The notes: generated by a model not told the origin, from the sequence alone. Shown: positions 1 to 10,432, numbered from the stretch's first letter. The stretch: DNA of 64,000 nucleotides from Candidatus Bathyarchaeia archaeon (GCA_038883795.1 JAVZLK010000001.1:64001-128000), one strand, 5' to 3'. A program made the numbers and translations.

Positions 1-1182
1 GACTCCATAAAAAACAACGTAACCCCACCGCTACCAATTATTTTAAGTCCAGAGCAAAATGAGACATTCAAATGCTACTGGAATTGGGATTGGCGAATAG
101 CTGGCATTCAAGACGTTAATGTCACAATTAGAGTGAAAACAACAGAAGGATATGAAACAACTTATAAAACAAATGCGCTTCCCGGGGCGTATCTTTACAT
201 AGAAGAAATAAAGTTTGATTATTCTGATACAACGTATTTCAATTTAACGATAAGCAGCTCCCCCTATTCAACAGCAACGGCGGTTATAAGTGGGATAAAT
301 CTGACTCTTCAAGATACAACTTTTCCAATAAATGAAACACGGCAACGTGTTTTATTCAAAAGTTTATTGCCCATTTTTAGGTCTATTCCAAAAAACGAGT
401 CCAAAACCTTTGAATGCTATTGGGATTGGACTTTATATCGCAATACTAGTTTCATTGTCAACGTTTACACTGAACAAGGCTTTTTAGTAGATAGCAAAAA
501 CGTGTCTACCCCTCCGGATGTTGTTTGGAATATAACAAACGTGAGTTTCGACTTAGATGATATAAATTACTTTTTGGTTAATGTGACAAACATGCCTTGC
601 TCCCTTCGAAACATAACAGTTACGCAGATATGGCTTAATGAAACCAGTAAAGACATACAGCCACCATCAACTTTATCTAATGGCACCCAAGAAATGTTTA
701 ATTGCCCCCTCTCTTGGGCAGATTTTAGAGGAAAAACCGCAAACGTTACTGTGGTGACAACGGAAGGAAGCATTTCGAGGCTTTTAGAAGTTTCTGCTGT
801 TGGACTTAAAATACTTGAGGAAAATTTAGTTTGTGGCGACTTTTACGGCAACACCACAGAAATTGCAGTGCCATATATTAACGTCACAATATCAAATTCA
901 AACAATTCCCTCTACAACGTCACAATAACACAAATTATAATCCAAACAAGGAATGACACATACATAATTTACAACAATGCCACATACCACCAATACAACA
1001 GCATCTTATATCCAAGATTACGCCCAGACGGATACGCCCCGACTGGCTATCCTCTTAACATAGGAGAAACTGTCACATTTGTTTGCTCTTGGAACTATGA
1101 AAGCTATCTTTCAATAGATCCCATAACAGTTACGATATACACTGCCGAAGGCTTTCAAGCATCAAAAACATGGTATCCATAA
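1..1182 (+). CDS. Large surface/secreted protein with tandem beta-rich repeats (5' partial)
   Basis: Frame is open from base 1 (DSIKNNVTPP...). Four units end in C-x-W-x-(W/Y)...T-x-(E/Q)-G (one variant CPLSW). Many N-x-S/T sequons. Confidence 0.7.
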   Translation, partial: DSIKNNVTPPLPIILSPEQNETFKCYWNWDWRIAGIQDVNVTIRVKTTEGYETTYKTNALPGAYLYIEEIKFDYSDTTYFNLTISSSPYSTATAVISGINLTLQDTTFPINETRQRVLFKSLLPIFRSIPKNESKTFECYWDWTLYRNTSFIVNVYTEQGFLVDSKNVSTPPDVVWNITNVSFDLDDINYFLVNVTNMPCSLRNITVTQIWLNETSKDIQPPSTLSNGTQEMFNCPLSWADFRGKTANVTVVTTEGSISRLLEVSAVGLKILEENLVCGDFYGNTTEIAVPYINVTISNSNNSLYNVTITQIIIQTRNDTYIIYNNATYHQYNSILYPRLRPDGYAPTGYPLNIGETVTFVCSWNYESYLSIDPITVTIYTAEGFQASKTWYP

Positions 1183-1241
1183 TCCCATAACCTTTATTTT
1201 CTCTAATAGGCTTTAACTCAAATTCTTTAGGAGATTTAGCC

Positions 1242-2447
1242 TTGACTAAAGTAAGGGTTACAGGAAGGGTTCGCACCATAGAATATGCCATCCGCGATGT
1301 TATTGTCTACGCAAAGGAGTTGGCGAAGGCTGGCAAAAAAATTTACTACTTGAATATTGGAGATCCCGTTGCTTTTGATTTTGATACGCCGCAGCATATT
1401 AAACAAGCTTTAATGAGGGCTGTTGAGGAGGGGGCTAATGCTTATTGTGCTTCTGAAGGTTTGCCAGAACTTAGGGAGGCCATAAGCCAGAAGGAAAGGA
1501 GAGTTAATGGTGTTGATGTTTCTGCTGAGGATGTTATTGTTACTTCTGGAATTTCTGAGGGTATTCAGATGGTTATGGCTGCGCTTGTGGATGCTGGGGA
1601 TGAGATTCTGCTTCCGGGACCCACTTATCCGCCGTACATTTCTTATGCAAAATTTTTTGGTGGAAAACCAATCACTTATGAAACTGTGGAAGGTGAGGGT
1701 TGGCAGCCAAATATTGACGATTTGAGAGGGAAAATTTCAAAGAAAACTCGGGGAATTGTGATTATTAATCCAAATAATCCTTCTGGAGCCCTTTATGAGG
1801 AGAAAGTGATAAAGCAAATATTGGATTTAGCTGGAGAATATGGAATTCCAGTTTTGTCTGATGAAATTTATGATCAGATAGTTTATGAGAAAAAATTTGT
1901 CAGCACGGCGTGTTTAGCTAAAGACGTTCCAGTTATAGGGTTTAATGGTTTTTCAAAGGCTTATTTGATGACTGGGTGGAGACTTGGCTACGTTTATTTC
2001 CACGACCAAGAGGGGGAGCTTCAAGAATTGAAGCAATGCGTCGAAAAAGAGGCAAGAATAAGGCTATGCGCAAACACGCCAGTCCAAAAAGCTGGGGTTG
2101 CCGCCCTAAATGGATCACAAGACCACATAAAAGATATGGTTAAGAAACTTAGAGAAAGAAGAGACTATTCTCTAAAGAGATTAAACGAAATTGAGGGAAT
2201 TAGCTGCACAAAACCTGAAGGCGCATTCTATGTCTTTCCAAAAATTCATGCGGTAGGACGAAAATGGAAAACGGATTTAGAATTTGCGTTGGAACTTTTG
2301 AAAGAAACTGGTGTGCTTCTTGTTCATGGTTCAGGGTTTGACCAAACTTATGGGGCAGGACACGTTAGAGGCGTTTTCCTTCCACCACTTGAGACGCTTG
2401 AGGAAGCCTTTAACAGAATTGAAGAGTTTATGATTAAGAGTAAATAA
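1242..2447 (+). CDS. Class I/II PLP aminotransferase (alanine/aspartate aminotransferase-like)
   Basis: LNIGDP, INPNNPSG, SDEIYD, FSKAYLMTGWRLG motifs. Confidence 0.9.
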   Translation: MTKVRVTGRVRTIEYAIRDVIVYAKELAKAGKKIYYLNIGDPVAFDFDTPQHIKQALMRAVEEGANAYCASEGLPELREAISQKERRVNGVDVSAEDVIVTSGISEGIQMVMAALVDAGDEILLPGPTYPPYISYAKFFGGKPITYETVEGEGWQPNIDDLRGKISKKTRGIVIINPNNPSGALYEEKVIKQILDLAGEYGIPVLSDEIYDQIVYEKKFVSTACLAKDVPVIGFNGFSKAYLMTGWRLGYVYFHDQEGELQELKQCVEKEARIRLCANTPVQKAGVAALNGSQDHIKDMVKKLRERRDYSLKRLNEIEGISCTKPEGAFYVFPKIHAVGRKWKTDLEFALELLKETGVLLVHGSGFDQTYGAGHVRGVFLPPLETLEEAFNRIEEFMIKSK

Positions 2448-2464
2448 AGGGATTAAAGCTTGCT

Positions 2465-3355
2465 TTACTGGTAGATTGGTATTCCTTCCTTTGGGTCTTG
2501 AACCATCTTTGCAAACTCAGCCATTAGTTTCCTGGTTACGGGACCCGGATTTCCATTTCCTATTATTCTTTTGTTTATTTCCTTCACTGGCACAATTTCG
2601 GCTGCAGTCCCAGTGAAGAAGACTTCATCAGCGTTAAACAATTCATATGGTGTTATGTTCTTTTCGATAACTTCATATCCAAGTTTTCTTGCAAGTTTCA
2701 TTACAGCCTCTGCGGTTATTCCTGGCAATGCGCCTGTATAGCTTGGTGGTGTGAAAATTTTTCCGTTTTTGACTATGAATATGTTTTCAGCCACTCCTTC
2801 GCATACGAATCCATTTTTGTCTAGGCATATGGCTTCGTCGACGCCGTTTATGTTTGCTTCAATTTTTGCCATTATACTGTTGAGGTAGTTGAGGGATTTT
2901 ATTTCATGGGTTGTCGCATCCACAGGGTCTCTTTTAACCCATGAAATCATGGCTGTTATTCCGTTTTCTTTGGCTTCGGTTTTTAGCAGTTTTATGGTGT
3001 CTGTTATCACTATAATTGTGGGTTTTGAACATTTTCTTGGGTCTAATCCGAGGTCGCCGACGCCTCTTGTTACTATTAGGCGAATATAAGCGTCTTTTAG
3101 GTTGTTTTTTCGAAGGGTTTCCAGAACGGCTTGTATCATTTCCTCTTTTGTCATGGGAATTTGCAGCATTATGGTGTGGGCTGAACGGTATAGTCTGTCA
3201 ATGTGTTCTTTAAGTTTGAATACTACGCCGTTGTAGGCGCGGATTCCTTCAAAAACTCCATCCCCATATAGGAGACCGTGGTCGTAAACAGAAATTTTGG
3301 CTTTTGATTTTGGATAGTATTCTCCGTCTATAAACACAAGTAGTTCTCTTTCCAA
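2465..3355 (-). CDS. ilvE: Branched-chain amino acid aminotransferase
   Basis: [35 protein letters not shown]. Confidence 0.95.
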   Translation of the reverse strand: MERELLVFIDGEYYPKSKAKISVYDHGLLYGDGVFEGIRAYNGVVFKLKEHIDRLYRSAHTIMLQIPMTKEEMIQAVLETLRKNNLKDAYIRLIVTRGVGDLGLDPRKCSKPTIIVITDTIKLLKTEAKENGITAMISWVKRDPVDATTHEIKSLNYLNSIMAKIEANINGVDEAICLDKNGFVCEGVAENIFIVKNGKIFTPPSYTGALPGITAEAVMKLARKLGYEVIEKNITPYELFNADEVFFTGTAAEIVPVKEINKRIIGNGNPGPVTRKLMAEFAKMVQDPKEGIPIYQ

Positions 3356-3442
3356 GAACCTTTCCCCTCAAACTGGAGAACTTAGTTTATTTGGTTAAGG
3401 TTTGATATAGTTTTTGCCAGATTCGACTAATTTTTAATGTTA

Positions 3443-5311
3443 TTAACCATAAAATTGGGGTCTTTTTGAAAGGTGTTTCGGTAAAGGCAGAGGCTTGAAG
3501 GGCTTGTTTTGGGTTATCTCTTTAACCTCGCTTATTAGCTCTTCAATTTTCATTTTGCGGATTTTTTCGGCTTTTCTGTCTCTTACTGCTAGGATGTTTG
3601 ATTCGGCTTCCTTTTGTCCAACAACAACTATGTATGGAATCCATTCCATTTCTGCTTCTCTAACCCTCTTTTGCAAAGTTAAGGTTCGGTCATCAATGTC
3701 CACACGTATACAATTTTCCTCCATTTTTTTAGCCAGTTCTTCGGAAAAGTCCATGTATTTTTCGGATAATGGGATTATGCGCACTTGAGTTGGAGAAAGC
3801 CATAAGGGAAGCATTGGTGGCTTGCCCGTTTGTTGTTCTTTGTAGGCTTTCTCTAATAATGCGTATATGCATCTTTCAATGGCGCCGCTTGGAGAACAAT
3901 GCAAAATTAAGGGATGCCTTTTCTCGCCTTTCTCGTCCACATAGGTTATGTCATACCTTTTTGCGTTTTCGACGTCTATTTGGTCGGTGGATAGGGCGGC
4001 AGCCTTGTTTTGATTGTCCACGTAGTTAAAGTCCCATTTTAGTCTGAAATAGAAAAAGCGTTCCTTCCACATCTCAACAAGGAAGGGTTTGCCGAAGATT
4101 TTCGCCAGCTCAGCGATGAATTCTTTATTTTCTTCATAGAAGTCTTGTGTGAACCGCAATGCTGCCTCATAATCGTTTTTTGATAAGCCTATTTCCTCAA
4201 GAATTTCCATGCTCAACTTGAACCTTGTTATGAACTCTTTCTTGGCTTGTTCCAAGTCCTCGCAGAAAGCGTGGCAATCTGGCATGGTGAAGGCTCTTAG
4301 ACGCCTTAAACCCACAACTTCTCCGCTTTTTTCCCTTCTGAAACTGTAACGGGTTAGCTCGTAAACTTTTAATGGCATGTGCTTGTAGGAAAATTGTGAG
4401 TCATGAACCATTAAGAATTGTCCGAAGCATGCTGCAAACCGCAGAAAAAGTTCTTTGTCTTCCGATTTTAGCAAATACTGCCGTGCGGGAAAACGATTCA
4501 TATAATCAGCAAGGCTTGGATGGTGAAAATCGTACATTACTGGCGTTTCAACTTCCATGGCGCCATATTCCACCATTTTAGCCGTGACAAACTGTTCAAG
4601 CAAAGATTTTATTAAACGTCCTTTTGGATACCAGCGGATGTTTCCCGGATCGCTTCCAGATTCATAGTCAGCTATTTCCAATCTCTTCATTAACGGCACA
4701 TGAGGGGGCATTTGCTGGCTTGCCCTTACCTTATGTATCTCGTAATCTGCAAATTTCTCAAGATTTTCATAACCCTTAAAATTAAAATCTTCGACGGGAA
4801 CCATTTTTCCATCCGGCTGAAGAACATACCAGAAGGATTCCAGTTTTTCTTCGGCTTTCACGGCTTCAGATACTTTTTCTTCTTTTTCCTCTCTCACTTC
4901 TGCAGGAAGAATTACGCGGGATTGTTCTGCCAGGGGATGCCCCTTTATTGATATCGTGAACTGTTTGTTCCAGCCGAAAGGTGCCCTAAAAACTTCTAAG
5001 CCCCTTTTCTTAGCGTTTTCTTCCATAGCCTTGATTATTTTGAGGGCTTCTGGGGGCTTTGCCAGTTTATTGCTTAGGTGAGCGTAGGGATAAATTAGAA
5101 TTCTGTTTACCTTCAATTTTTCCAGAAAAGCATAAACTTCGTCTACGGCTTTTCCGGCTACTGTTGAATCGTCATTTTCCTCCACAGCCGTGAATAATAC
5201 AACAATTTCTTCTAGGCGTACTGGTTTCTTTTCTGCTTTTTCAGCCATCTCTATCTCTTTTTGAATTGGCATGTACTCGATATAGTTTGAGTGTAACTGT
5301 AATATTCGCAT
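3443..5311 (-). CDS. thrS: Threonyl-tRNA synthetase (archaeal type, N-terminal editing domain)
   Basis: MRILQLH, YPYAHLS, APFGWNK, LRFAACFG, RLRAFTMPDCH, ILHCSPSGAIER. Confidence 0.97.
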   Translation of the reverse strand: MRILQLHSNYIEYMPIQKEIEMAEKAEKKPVRLEEIVVLFTAVEENDDSTVAGKAVDEVYAFLEKLKVNRILIYPYAHLSNKLAKPPEALKIIKAMEENAKKRGLEVFRAPFGWNKQFTISIKGHPLAEQSRVILPAEVREEKEEKVSEAVKAEEKLESFWYVLQPDGKMVPVEDFNFKGYENLEKFADYEIHKVRASQQMPPHVPLMKRLEIADYESGSDPGNIRWYPKGRLIKSLLEQFVTAKMVEYGAMEVETPVMYDFHHPSLADYMNRFPARQYLLKSEDKELFLRFAACFGQFLMVHDSQFSYKHMPLKVYELTRYSFRREKSGEVVGLRRLRAFTMPDCHAFCEDLEQAKKEFITRFKLSMEILEEIGLSKNDYEAALRFTQDFYEENKEFIAELAKIFGKPFLVEMWKERFFYFRLKWDFNYVDNQNKAAALSTDQIDVENAKRYDITYVDEKGEKRHPLILHCSPSGAIERCIYALLEKAYKEQQTGKPPMLPLWLSPTQVRIIPLSEKYMDFSEELAKKMEENCIRVDIDDRTLTLQKRVREAEMEWIPYIVVVGQKEAESNILAVRDRKAEKIRKMKIEELISEVKEITQNKPFKPLPLPKHLSKRPQFYG

Positions 5312-5330
5312 GGAAAATCACCTTCCCCTT

Positions 5331-5540
5331 TCAGCCCATGTGTCGCCATTTCTCAAGCATCTTATCCTTCTTTGTCTTCTTCTTATATTCTTTATAATGC
5401 TCCTTGCATAAGTAAGCACGCCTCTCGCTACTGCCAACATTTAAGCCAGTAGACCTTACTTTTTCTGCTGAAAGCGAACGAATAGCTTCGCCTCCACAAC
5501 CAGAAACGCTGCATTTAACGCCTTTGTCAACTCGTCCCAT
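5331..5540 (-). CDS. Small basic putative zinc-finger protein
   Basis: C-x4-C...C-x2-H pattern, Lys-rich tail. ATG at 5540 preferred over the upstream GTG. Confidence 0.7.
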   Translation of the reverse strand: MGRVDKGVKCSVSGCGGEAIRSLSAEKVRSTGLNVGSSERRAYLCKEHYKEYKKKTKKDKMLEKWRHMG

Positions 5541-5586
5541 TCTTAGTGCCTTCTTAATCACGTAACCTTAAGGAATAAGATATGCG

Positions 5587-6501
5587 TTATTCCTTAATTT
5601 CTTTTTCATAAAGCAATCTGGCTCTTTGATAAATTTCTGTTTCGCCTTCCATAAATGTGGGACCAACAACTTCAACAGCAAAGGAAGCAGCTGCAGAACC
5701 CACGCATGCGCACCATAAAGAGTCTTTGCCACGAACGTATTCGGCGAGAAAGCCTCCAATAAAAACGTCTCCAGCCCCTGTTGGGTCGACAATTTTCTCG
5801 CATGGGTATGCTGGAATAGCATATTTGGTTCCTTCGATGGAAAGCAATGCTCCTTTAGCGCCTAAAGTGACTATGACTGTTTCTACGCCATAATCGTGAA
5901 CTGCCTTAACTGCAGAGTTTAGGTCAGATAAGCCAGTTGCAGCTTTGATTTCTTCTAAGGAGGATTTGTAAATGTTGGCGAGCTTCAGTATTCGCCTATC
6001 CAAGAGCGGAGAATAGGAGACATATCCTTCAATGTCGAAGTTTCGCACAAGTCCTTGCGGGTCTATGGATAAAACCTCCGCGCTGCCTCTTAATTTTTCA
6101 GCCACCTCGTAAGTTATTTCGCCTGCTATGGGACCAATGTGAACTGCTTTGCTTTTCATGGATTTTGGCAAATCTTCCATGGTAATGGATGGTGCTTTGC
6201 TTTTCAAGCGCAAATTTCTGTTAAAAAATCCATCAGCATATTTCAGCTCGAAACGTGTTGTCTGCGCATCACTAACCCTTGTTACGCCGCTTACGTCAAT
6301 GCCTTCCTCTTTTAACCACCATAAATAAGCTTCTGGAAAATCGCCGCCAACCTTAGAAAAAACCGAAGCTTTCGCATTTAAACGCCTGGCGATAAGCGAA
6401 ACATAAGCTGCAGAGCCACCCAAAATAATATATGGCGTTTGTCTATCTGGAAGAAAAATTGAGTCTATAGCAAAATGACCAACAACTGTAACATCAAACA
6501 T
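5587..6501 (-). CDS. PfkB/ribokinase family carbohydrate or nucleoside kinase
   Basis: LGGSAAY, VTLGAKGA, DPTGAGDVFIGG. Start placed at MFDVTVVG. Confidence 0.9.
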   Translation of the reverse strand: MFDVTVVGHFAIDSIFLPDRQTPYIILGGSAAYVSLIARRLNAKASVFSKVGGDFPEAYLWWLKEEGIDVSGVTRVSDAQTTRFELKYADGFFNRNLRLKSKAPSITMEDLPKSMKSKAVHIGPIAGEITYEVAEKLRGSAEVLSIDPQGLVRNFDIEGYVSYSPLLDRRILKLANIYKSSLEEIKAATGLSDLNSAVKAVHDYGVETVIVTLGAKGALLSIEGTKYAIPAYPCEKIVDPTGAGDVFIGGFLAEYVRGKDSLWCACVGSAAASFAVEVVGPTFMEGETEIYQRARLLYEKEIKE

Positions 6502-6512
6502 TTTAATACACA

Positions 6513-6863
6513 TTAAACTTTTGACTGAAGTAGAAGAATTGCTTTGGCTAGGTCTCCCCCACATTCTTCTAGGGCTTTTCTGGCTTCTTCTGGGCTTTTG
6601 CCAGTTTGGTCTGCCACAAGCCTCACATCTTCTTCTGGTATTGTTAGTTTGCGTTCCATGGCTTTTTCGCTAATCTTTCCACCAGCCACTTGGAAAATTT
6701 TTTGTCCTTGCATTTCCATGATGGCTACTTCTGGCGCTTCTATGGTGATTTCTTTGCTGCTTGTTTTAATTATTACTTGTTCAACATCGGGAACCGTGTC
6801 CATGCTTAGACCCATGCGTTGCATCATACGTCTTGCTTCGCGGGGGCTAATTCGTCTATGCAT
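6513..6863 (-). CDS. nac: Archaeal nascent polypeptide-associated complex protein
   Basis: RMMQRMG N-terminus; UBA-like C-terminus EDVRLVADQTG...GDLAKAIL. Confidence 0.92.
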   Translation of the reverse strand: MHRRISPREARRMMQRMGLSMDTVPDVEQVIIKTSSKEITIEAPEVAIMEMQGQKIFQVAGGKISEKAMERKLTIPEEDVRLVADQTGKSPEEARKALEECGGDLAKAILLLQSKV

Positions 6864-6907
6864 AAACTTCGCCTTCCATCAGATATTTACTATTAGACTT
6901 CATATAC

Positions 6908-7390
6908 TTAACTTTCTTCTAGGCTTCCGCGCCTAACTTTAACAGCAACGCCGGTTTTGAAGACTTTCATTTCTTCGCTGGATAGAACGGCCCGCCCAAC
7001 AGCTAAAACTTCACCACTTTCGTTAAGGACTATGACTTCGTCCTTTGGGCGGATTTCATCGTCAGCCTTCAGTACGTGAGCAGCGAAGACGTCGCCGCCT
7101 TCCGCAATAAACTTTGAAACATCCTTCTTAACCGTGACAAAACATTTTGCCCACTGCCCATTTTCAGCTATTCTCTTTGCGCCAGCAATGCTTAAAGAAA
7201 ATAAGCCATCTGTGGGGCGTAGGGTTGCAAGCCTTTTGCCATCCAAATAAACGTAACGGATTCTCCCAGTTCTTTTAGAATATTCTATTTTCACGTTTTC
7301 TGGAAAAAGTTTGACGCCGACACCCTTTCCAAATTGATAGTCGGCCACGCTTCGAATTCTTTTGAGAGGATTTTCCAACTTTTGCACCAT
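6908..7390 (-). CDS. PUA-domain RNA-binding protein resembling the C-terminal part of archaeosine tRNA-guanine transglycosylase
   Basis: ADYQFG, SKRTGRIR, LATLR, IRPKDEV, GVAVKVRRG. Confidence 0.85.
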   Translation of the reverse strand: MVQKLENPLKRIRSVADYQFGKGVGVKLFPENVKIEYSKRTGRIRYVYLDGKRLATLRPTDGLFSLSIAGAKRIAENGQWAKCFVTVKKDVSKFIAEGGDVFAAHVLKADDEIRPKDEVIVLNESGEVLAVGRAVLSSEEMKVFKTGVAVKVRRGSLEES

Positions 7391-7449
7391 TAATTAATCT
7401 ATTTTGCTTCGACAACTATAAACACAACCAACAAAATAAAAACACATAG

Positions 7450-8004
7450 GTGCGTCAACAGTTGCGGTGTGAAGTCTGTGGAGCAAAAATCTTCGGCAAA
7501 CCATATAAGGTAATTATTGAAGGAGCAAAACTAACCGTATGTAGCCAATGTTCGAAGCATGGAACAATAGTTTGGGAAGAAGAACCAAAGCCCAAAAGCT
7601 TAGCATTAAAAACCAAACCGATTTCTCAACCCACGAAAATGAAAAGCAAGAAGGCACCAGAAATCGTGGAAACAAGTTTGGAGCTTGTGGAAAATTTCCA
7701 CACAAAAATTAGGCAAGCAAGGGAAAAACTTGGGCTCTCCCACGAAGAACTGGGCAAAAAAATTAATGAAAAAGTGTCTCTTCTCAAAAAGATAGAAACG
7801 GGAAAAATGACGCCGGACAATAAGCTTGCAATGAAGCTTGAACATGCGTTGAAAGTTAAATTGCTTCTCCCGCCATCAGAGGAGAAAACTCTTACTACAA
7901 AGATTCCGCAACCAGCAAGTCGTGAACTAACTTTAGGAGACATTATCCAATTGAACAAAAAGGAAAAGGGGAAGGGGGATTCGCCTCAACGAAAGCCATC
8001 ATAG
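7450..8004 (+). CDS. mbf1: Archaeal multiprotein bridging factor 1 (Zn ribbon + HTH)
   Basis: CEVCG...CSQC, IRQAREKLGLS, LTLGD. Confidence 0.92.
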   Translation: MRQQLRCEVCGAKIFGKPYKVIIEGAKLTVCSQCSKHGTIVWEEEPKPKSLALKTKPISQPTKMKSKKAPEIVETSLELVENFHTKIRQAREKLGLSHEELGKKINEKVSLLKKIETGKMTPDNKLAMKLEHALKVKLLLPPSEEKTLTTKIPQPASRELTLGDIIQLNKKEKGKGDSPQRKPS

Positions 8005-9287
8005 TCCAACGGCGACAATCTTTTGAAAACTCAAGCCTAGAAGAACTTAAAAGTTTGGCTGAATCTGCAGGTTATACCGTAGTTGGTAAGATAGAACAGA
8101 TTCGAGAACCAGACTCCCGCTACCAAATAGGCGCAGGAAAAGTTGAAGAACTCGCAAAACTTGTTAAGGAAACGGGCGCCCAAAAAATAATTTTCGACAA
8201 CCCACTAAAACCAGTTCAAGCCTACAACATAGCAAAAGCCACGGGTGTAGAAGCCATAGACCGCTTTCAACTAATCCTCGAAATATTCACAAGGAGGGCC
8301 ACCACAACCGAAGCCAAACTGCAAATTCAACTAGCAAAATTGGGATATGAATTAGCCCACGCCAAAGAAAGGGTAAGGCTAGCCAAAATGGGAGAACAGC
8401 CAGGATTCATGGGTCTCGGAGCCTATGAAGTTGACGTTTATTACGAGGCAGTAAAGAAGCAAGTGCATACGGTTCGAAAAAAGCTAAAAAAGATTCGAGG
8501 AAAAAGGCAGCTACATCGAGAAAGAAGAGAGGAACTGGGTTTTTCATCCATTTCCTTAGCTGGATACACCAACGCCGGAAAAAGTTCACTTTTTAACGCT
8601 TTAACAGAAGAGGAGGTTCCAGTTGACGCGTCCCTGTTCACAACGCTATCCACAACAACAAGGCTTGTGGAAGTTTCAAAAAAGAAGTTTTTGTTAACGG
8701 ACACCGTGGGCTTTATAGATCGCTTACCATTAACATTAATAGAGGCTTTCCACTCAACCCTCGAAGAAACCATCTTTTCAGACCTTATCCTTTTGGTTGT
8801 AGACATAAGTGAACCAATAAATACTATTGAAAAGAAACTAAACGTATGCTTGGAAACCATAGAACGAATAGGTGCTGCCGGCATCCCAATAATAACAGCC
8901 TTAAACAAAATTGATTTACTAACAGAAAACGAAACTATTCAAAAACTTGAAAGCCTAAAGGAAAGAGCGCCAAACCCTGTGCCAATATCAGCCCTTTATA
9001 AAACCAACATAGACTTACTGAAGCAAAAAATTCTAAAAATGCTAAAAGATTATGTTCAAGCCTCTTTTACGATTCCATTAACAAACGAAACCATGCCCTT
9101 CCTATCATGGCTTTTCAAAAGAACAGATGTGCAAACAATAAAATATGCCGACAATCATGCCCATGTGGTTTTTGAGGCAATTCCATGGTTCGCAGAAAAA
9201 GTCAAGAAACAAGTAGAAGCATTCGATGGAAAATTCGAAAAGAAAAATCCGCAACAAAACGAACAAAGGGATATGATGTATGCCTAA
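7989..9287 (+). CDS. hflX: GTPase HflX (probable ACG start at 7989; first canonical start 8055)
   Basis: GYTNAGKSSLFN, LFTTL, DTVGFI, NKID. Frame is open upstream of 8055 (KAIIVQRR...LEELKSLAESAG). Confidence 0.93.
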   Translation, partial: TKAIIVQRRQSFENSSLEELKSLAESAGYTVVGKIEQIREPDSRYQIGAGKVEELAKLVKETGAQKIIFDNPLKPVQAYNIAKATGVEAIDRFQLILEIFTRRATTTEAKLQIQLAKLGYELAHAKERVRLAKMGEQPGFMGLGAYEVDVYYEAVKKQVHTVRKKLKKIRGKRQLHRERREELGFSSISLAGYTNAGKSSLFNALTEEEVPVDASLFTTLSTTTRLVEVSKKKFLLTDTVGFIDRLPLTLIEAFHSTLEETIFSDLILLVVDISEPINTIEKKLNVCLETIERIGAAGIPIITALNKIDLLTENETIQKLESLKERAPNPVPISALYKTNIDLLKQKILKMLKDYVQASFTIPLTNETMPFLSWLFKRTDVQTIKYADNHAHVVFEAIPWFAEKVKKQVEAFDGKFEKKNPQQNEQRDMMYA

Positions 9288-9858
9288 AGTTGTAGTATTA
9301 CGATGGGGCCACAGACCAAAAAGGGACGCAAGACTTACAACCCACGTTGTTTTAACTGCAAGAGCACTTGGAGCATCAGGCGTCATACTTTCAGACATAG
9401 AAGATGAGAAAATAAGAGAAAGCGTCGAAAAAGTTACAAAAATTTGGGGTGGGCCCTTCTTTTTTGAAATGGGAAAACCTTGGAAAAACGTTGTGAAAAA
9501 TTGGAAAACAAAAGGCGGAATTGTCGTACACCTAACAGCTTATGGAGAAAACATCCAAACAAGCAACGTGCTAAGCAGAATTAAAGAGTGTGGAAAAGAT
9601 ATTTTAGTTATTGTTGGAAGTCAAAAGGTTCCGAGAGAATTTTTTTCAGAAGAAGTTTCAGACTTTAATGTAGCCATTGGAAATCAACCCCACTCCGAAT
9701 GCGCAAGTCTAGCAGTCTTTTTAGACCGTTTGTTTGGTGGGGAGGAACTTAAAAGGGAATTTGAGAATGCCAGAGTGAGGATAATCCCCCAAAGGAGGGG
9801 GAAGAAAATAGTTAAGAACATTAGTTCTGATTCAGATTTCGTAAAGAGATTTAAATGA
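9280..9858 (+). CDS. trm56: tRNA (cytidine(56)-2'-O)-methyltransferase
   Basis: LRWGHRPKRDARLTTHV, VHLTAYG, GSQKVP, GNQPHSE. Confidence 0.95.
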   Translation: MPKVVVLRWGHRPKRDARLTTHVVLTARALGASGVILSDIEDEKIRESVEKVTKIWGGPFFFEMGKPWKNVVKNWKTKGGIVVHLTAYGENIQTSNVLSRIKECGKDILVIVGSQKVPREFFSEEVSDFNVAIGNQPHSECASLAVFLDRLFGGEELKREFENARVRIIPQRRGKKIVKNISSDSDFVKRFK

Positions 9859-9901
9859 AAGTTTACTAATATATATTTCAAAGAGGTGCAGTGTTCAACA
9901 G

Positions 9902-10432
9902 TTGAGCAAAAGGGTCGCTATGTTATCGACGATTGATGATGCAACTTTGATGAAAGTGGCAGAAGCTTTAGGCGAAGAAGAGGCAGTTAAATTAATCGAG
10001 ATTCTAAAAAATTCAGATGAGATAACGGATGACGAAATAGCCAACAAAACAGGCATAAGACTCAACAATGTCCGAAAAATCTTATACAAACTTTACGACC
10101 ATTCCCTCGTAAGCCTAAGAAGAACCCGAGACCCAAAAACAGGATGGTTCATATTCCATTGGAAACTCCAACCAGACCAGCTTGAAGGCTTCATATTAAG
10201 CCAAAAAAGGCGAGTAATGGAAAAACTTAACATTCGCCTCGAGTATGAGAAAAACCACGACTTTTACTATTGTTACACGCCAGGATGCAAGCGCATTCCA
10301 TTTGAAGAGGCCGTGGAGCTTGTCTTCAAATGCCCAACATGCGGAAAACCTTTAGTCCACTATGACAATGCCAAAATTGTTCAAGTGTTATCAAAGAAGA
10401 TTGAACAGTTAAGGAAGGAACTGGGTGAGTGA
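9902..10432 (+). CDS. tfe: Transcription factor E alpha
   Basis: wHTH TDDEIANKTGIRLNNVRKILYKL, RDPKTGW, Zn ribbon FKCPTCG. Confidence 0.95.
   Translation: MSKRVAMLSTIDDATLMKVAEALGEEEAVKLIEILKNSDEITDDEIANKTGIRLNNVRKILYKLYDHSLVSLRRTRDPKTGWFIFHWKLQPDQLEGFILSQKRRVMEKLNIRLEYEKNHDFYYCYTPGCKRIPFEEAVELVFKCPTCGKPLVHYDNAKIVQVLSKKIEQLRKELGE

Noticed and set aside
7950-8004. Programmed -1 frameshift fusing MBF1 to HflX
   Set aside because: The frames are compatible, but there is no true X_XXY_YYZ heptamer (only C_AAA_AAG). An ACG start with an SD-like sequence is simpler.
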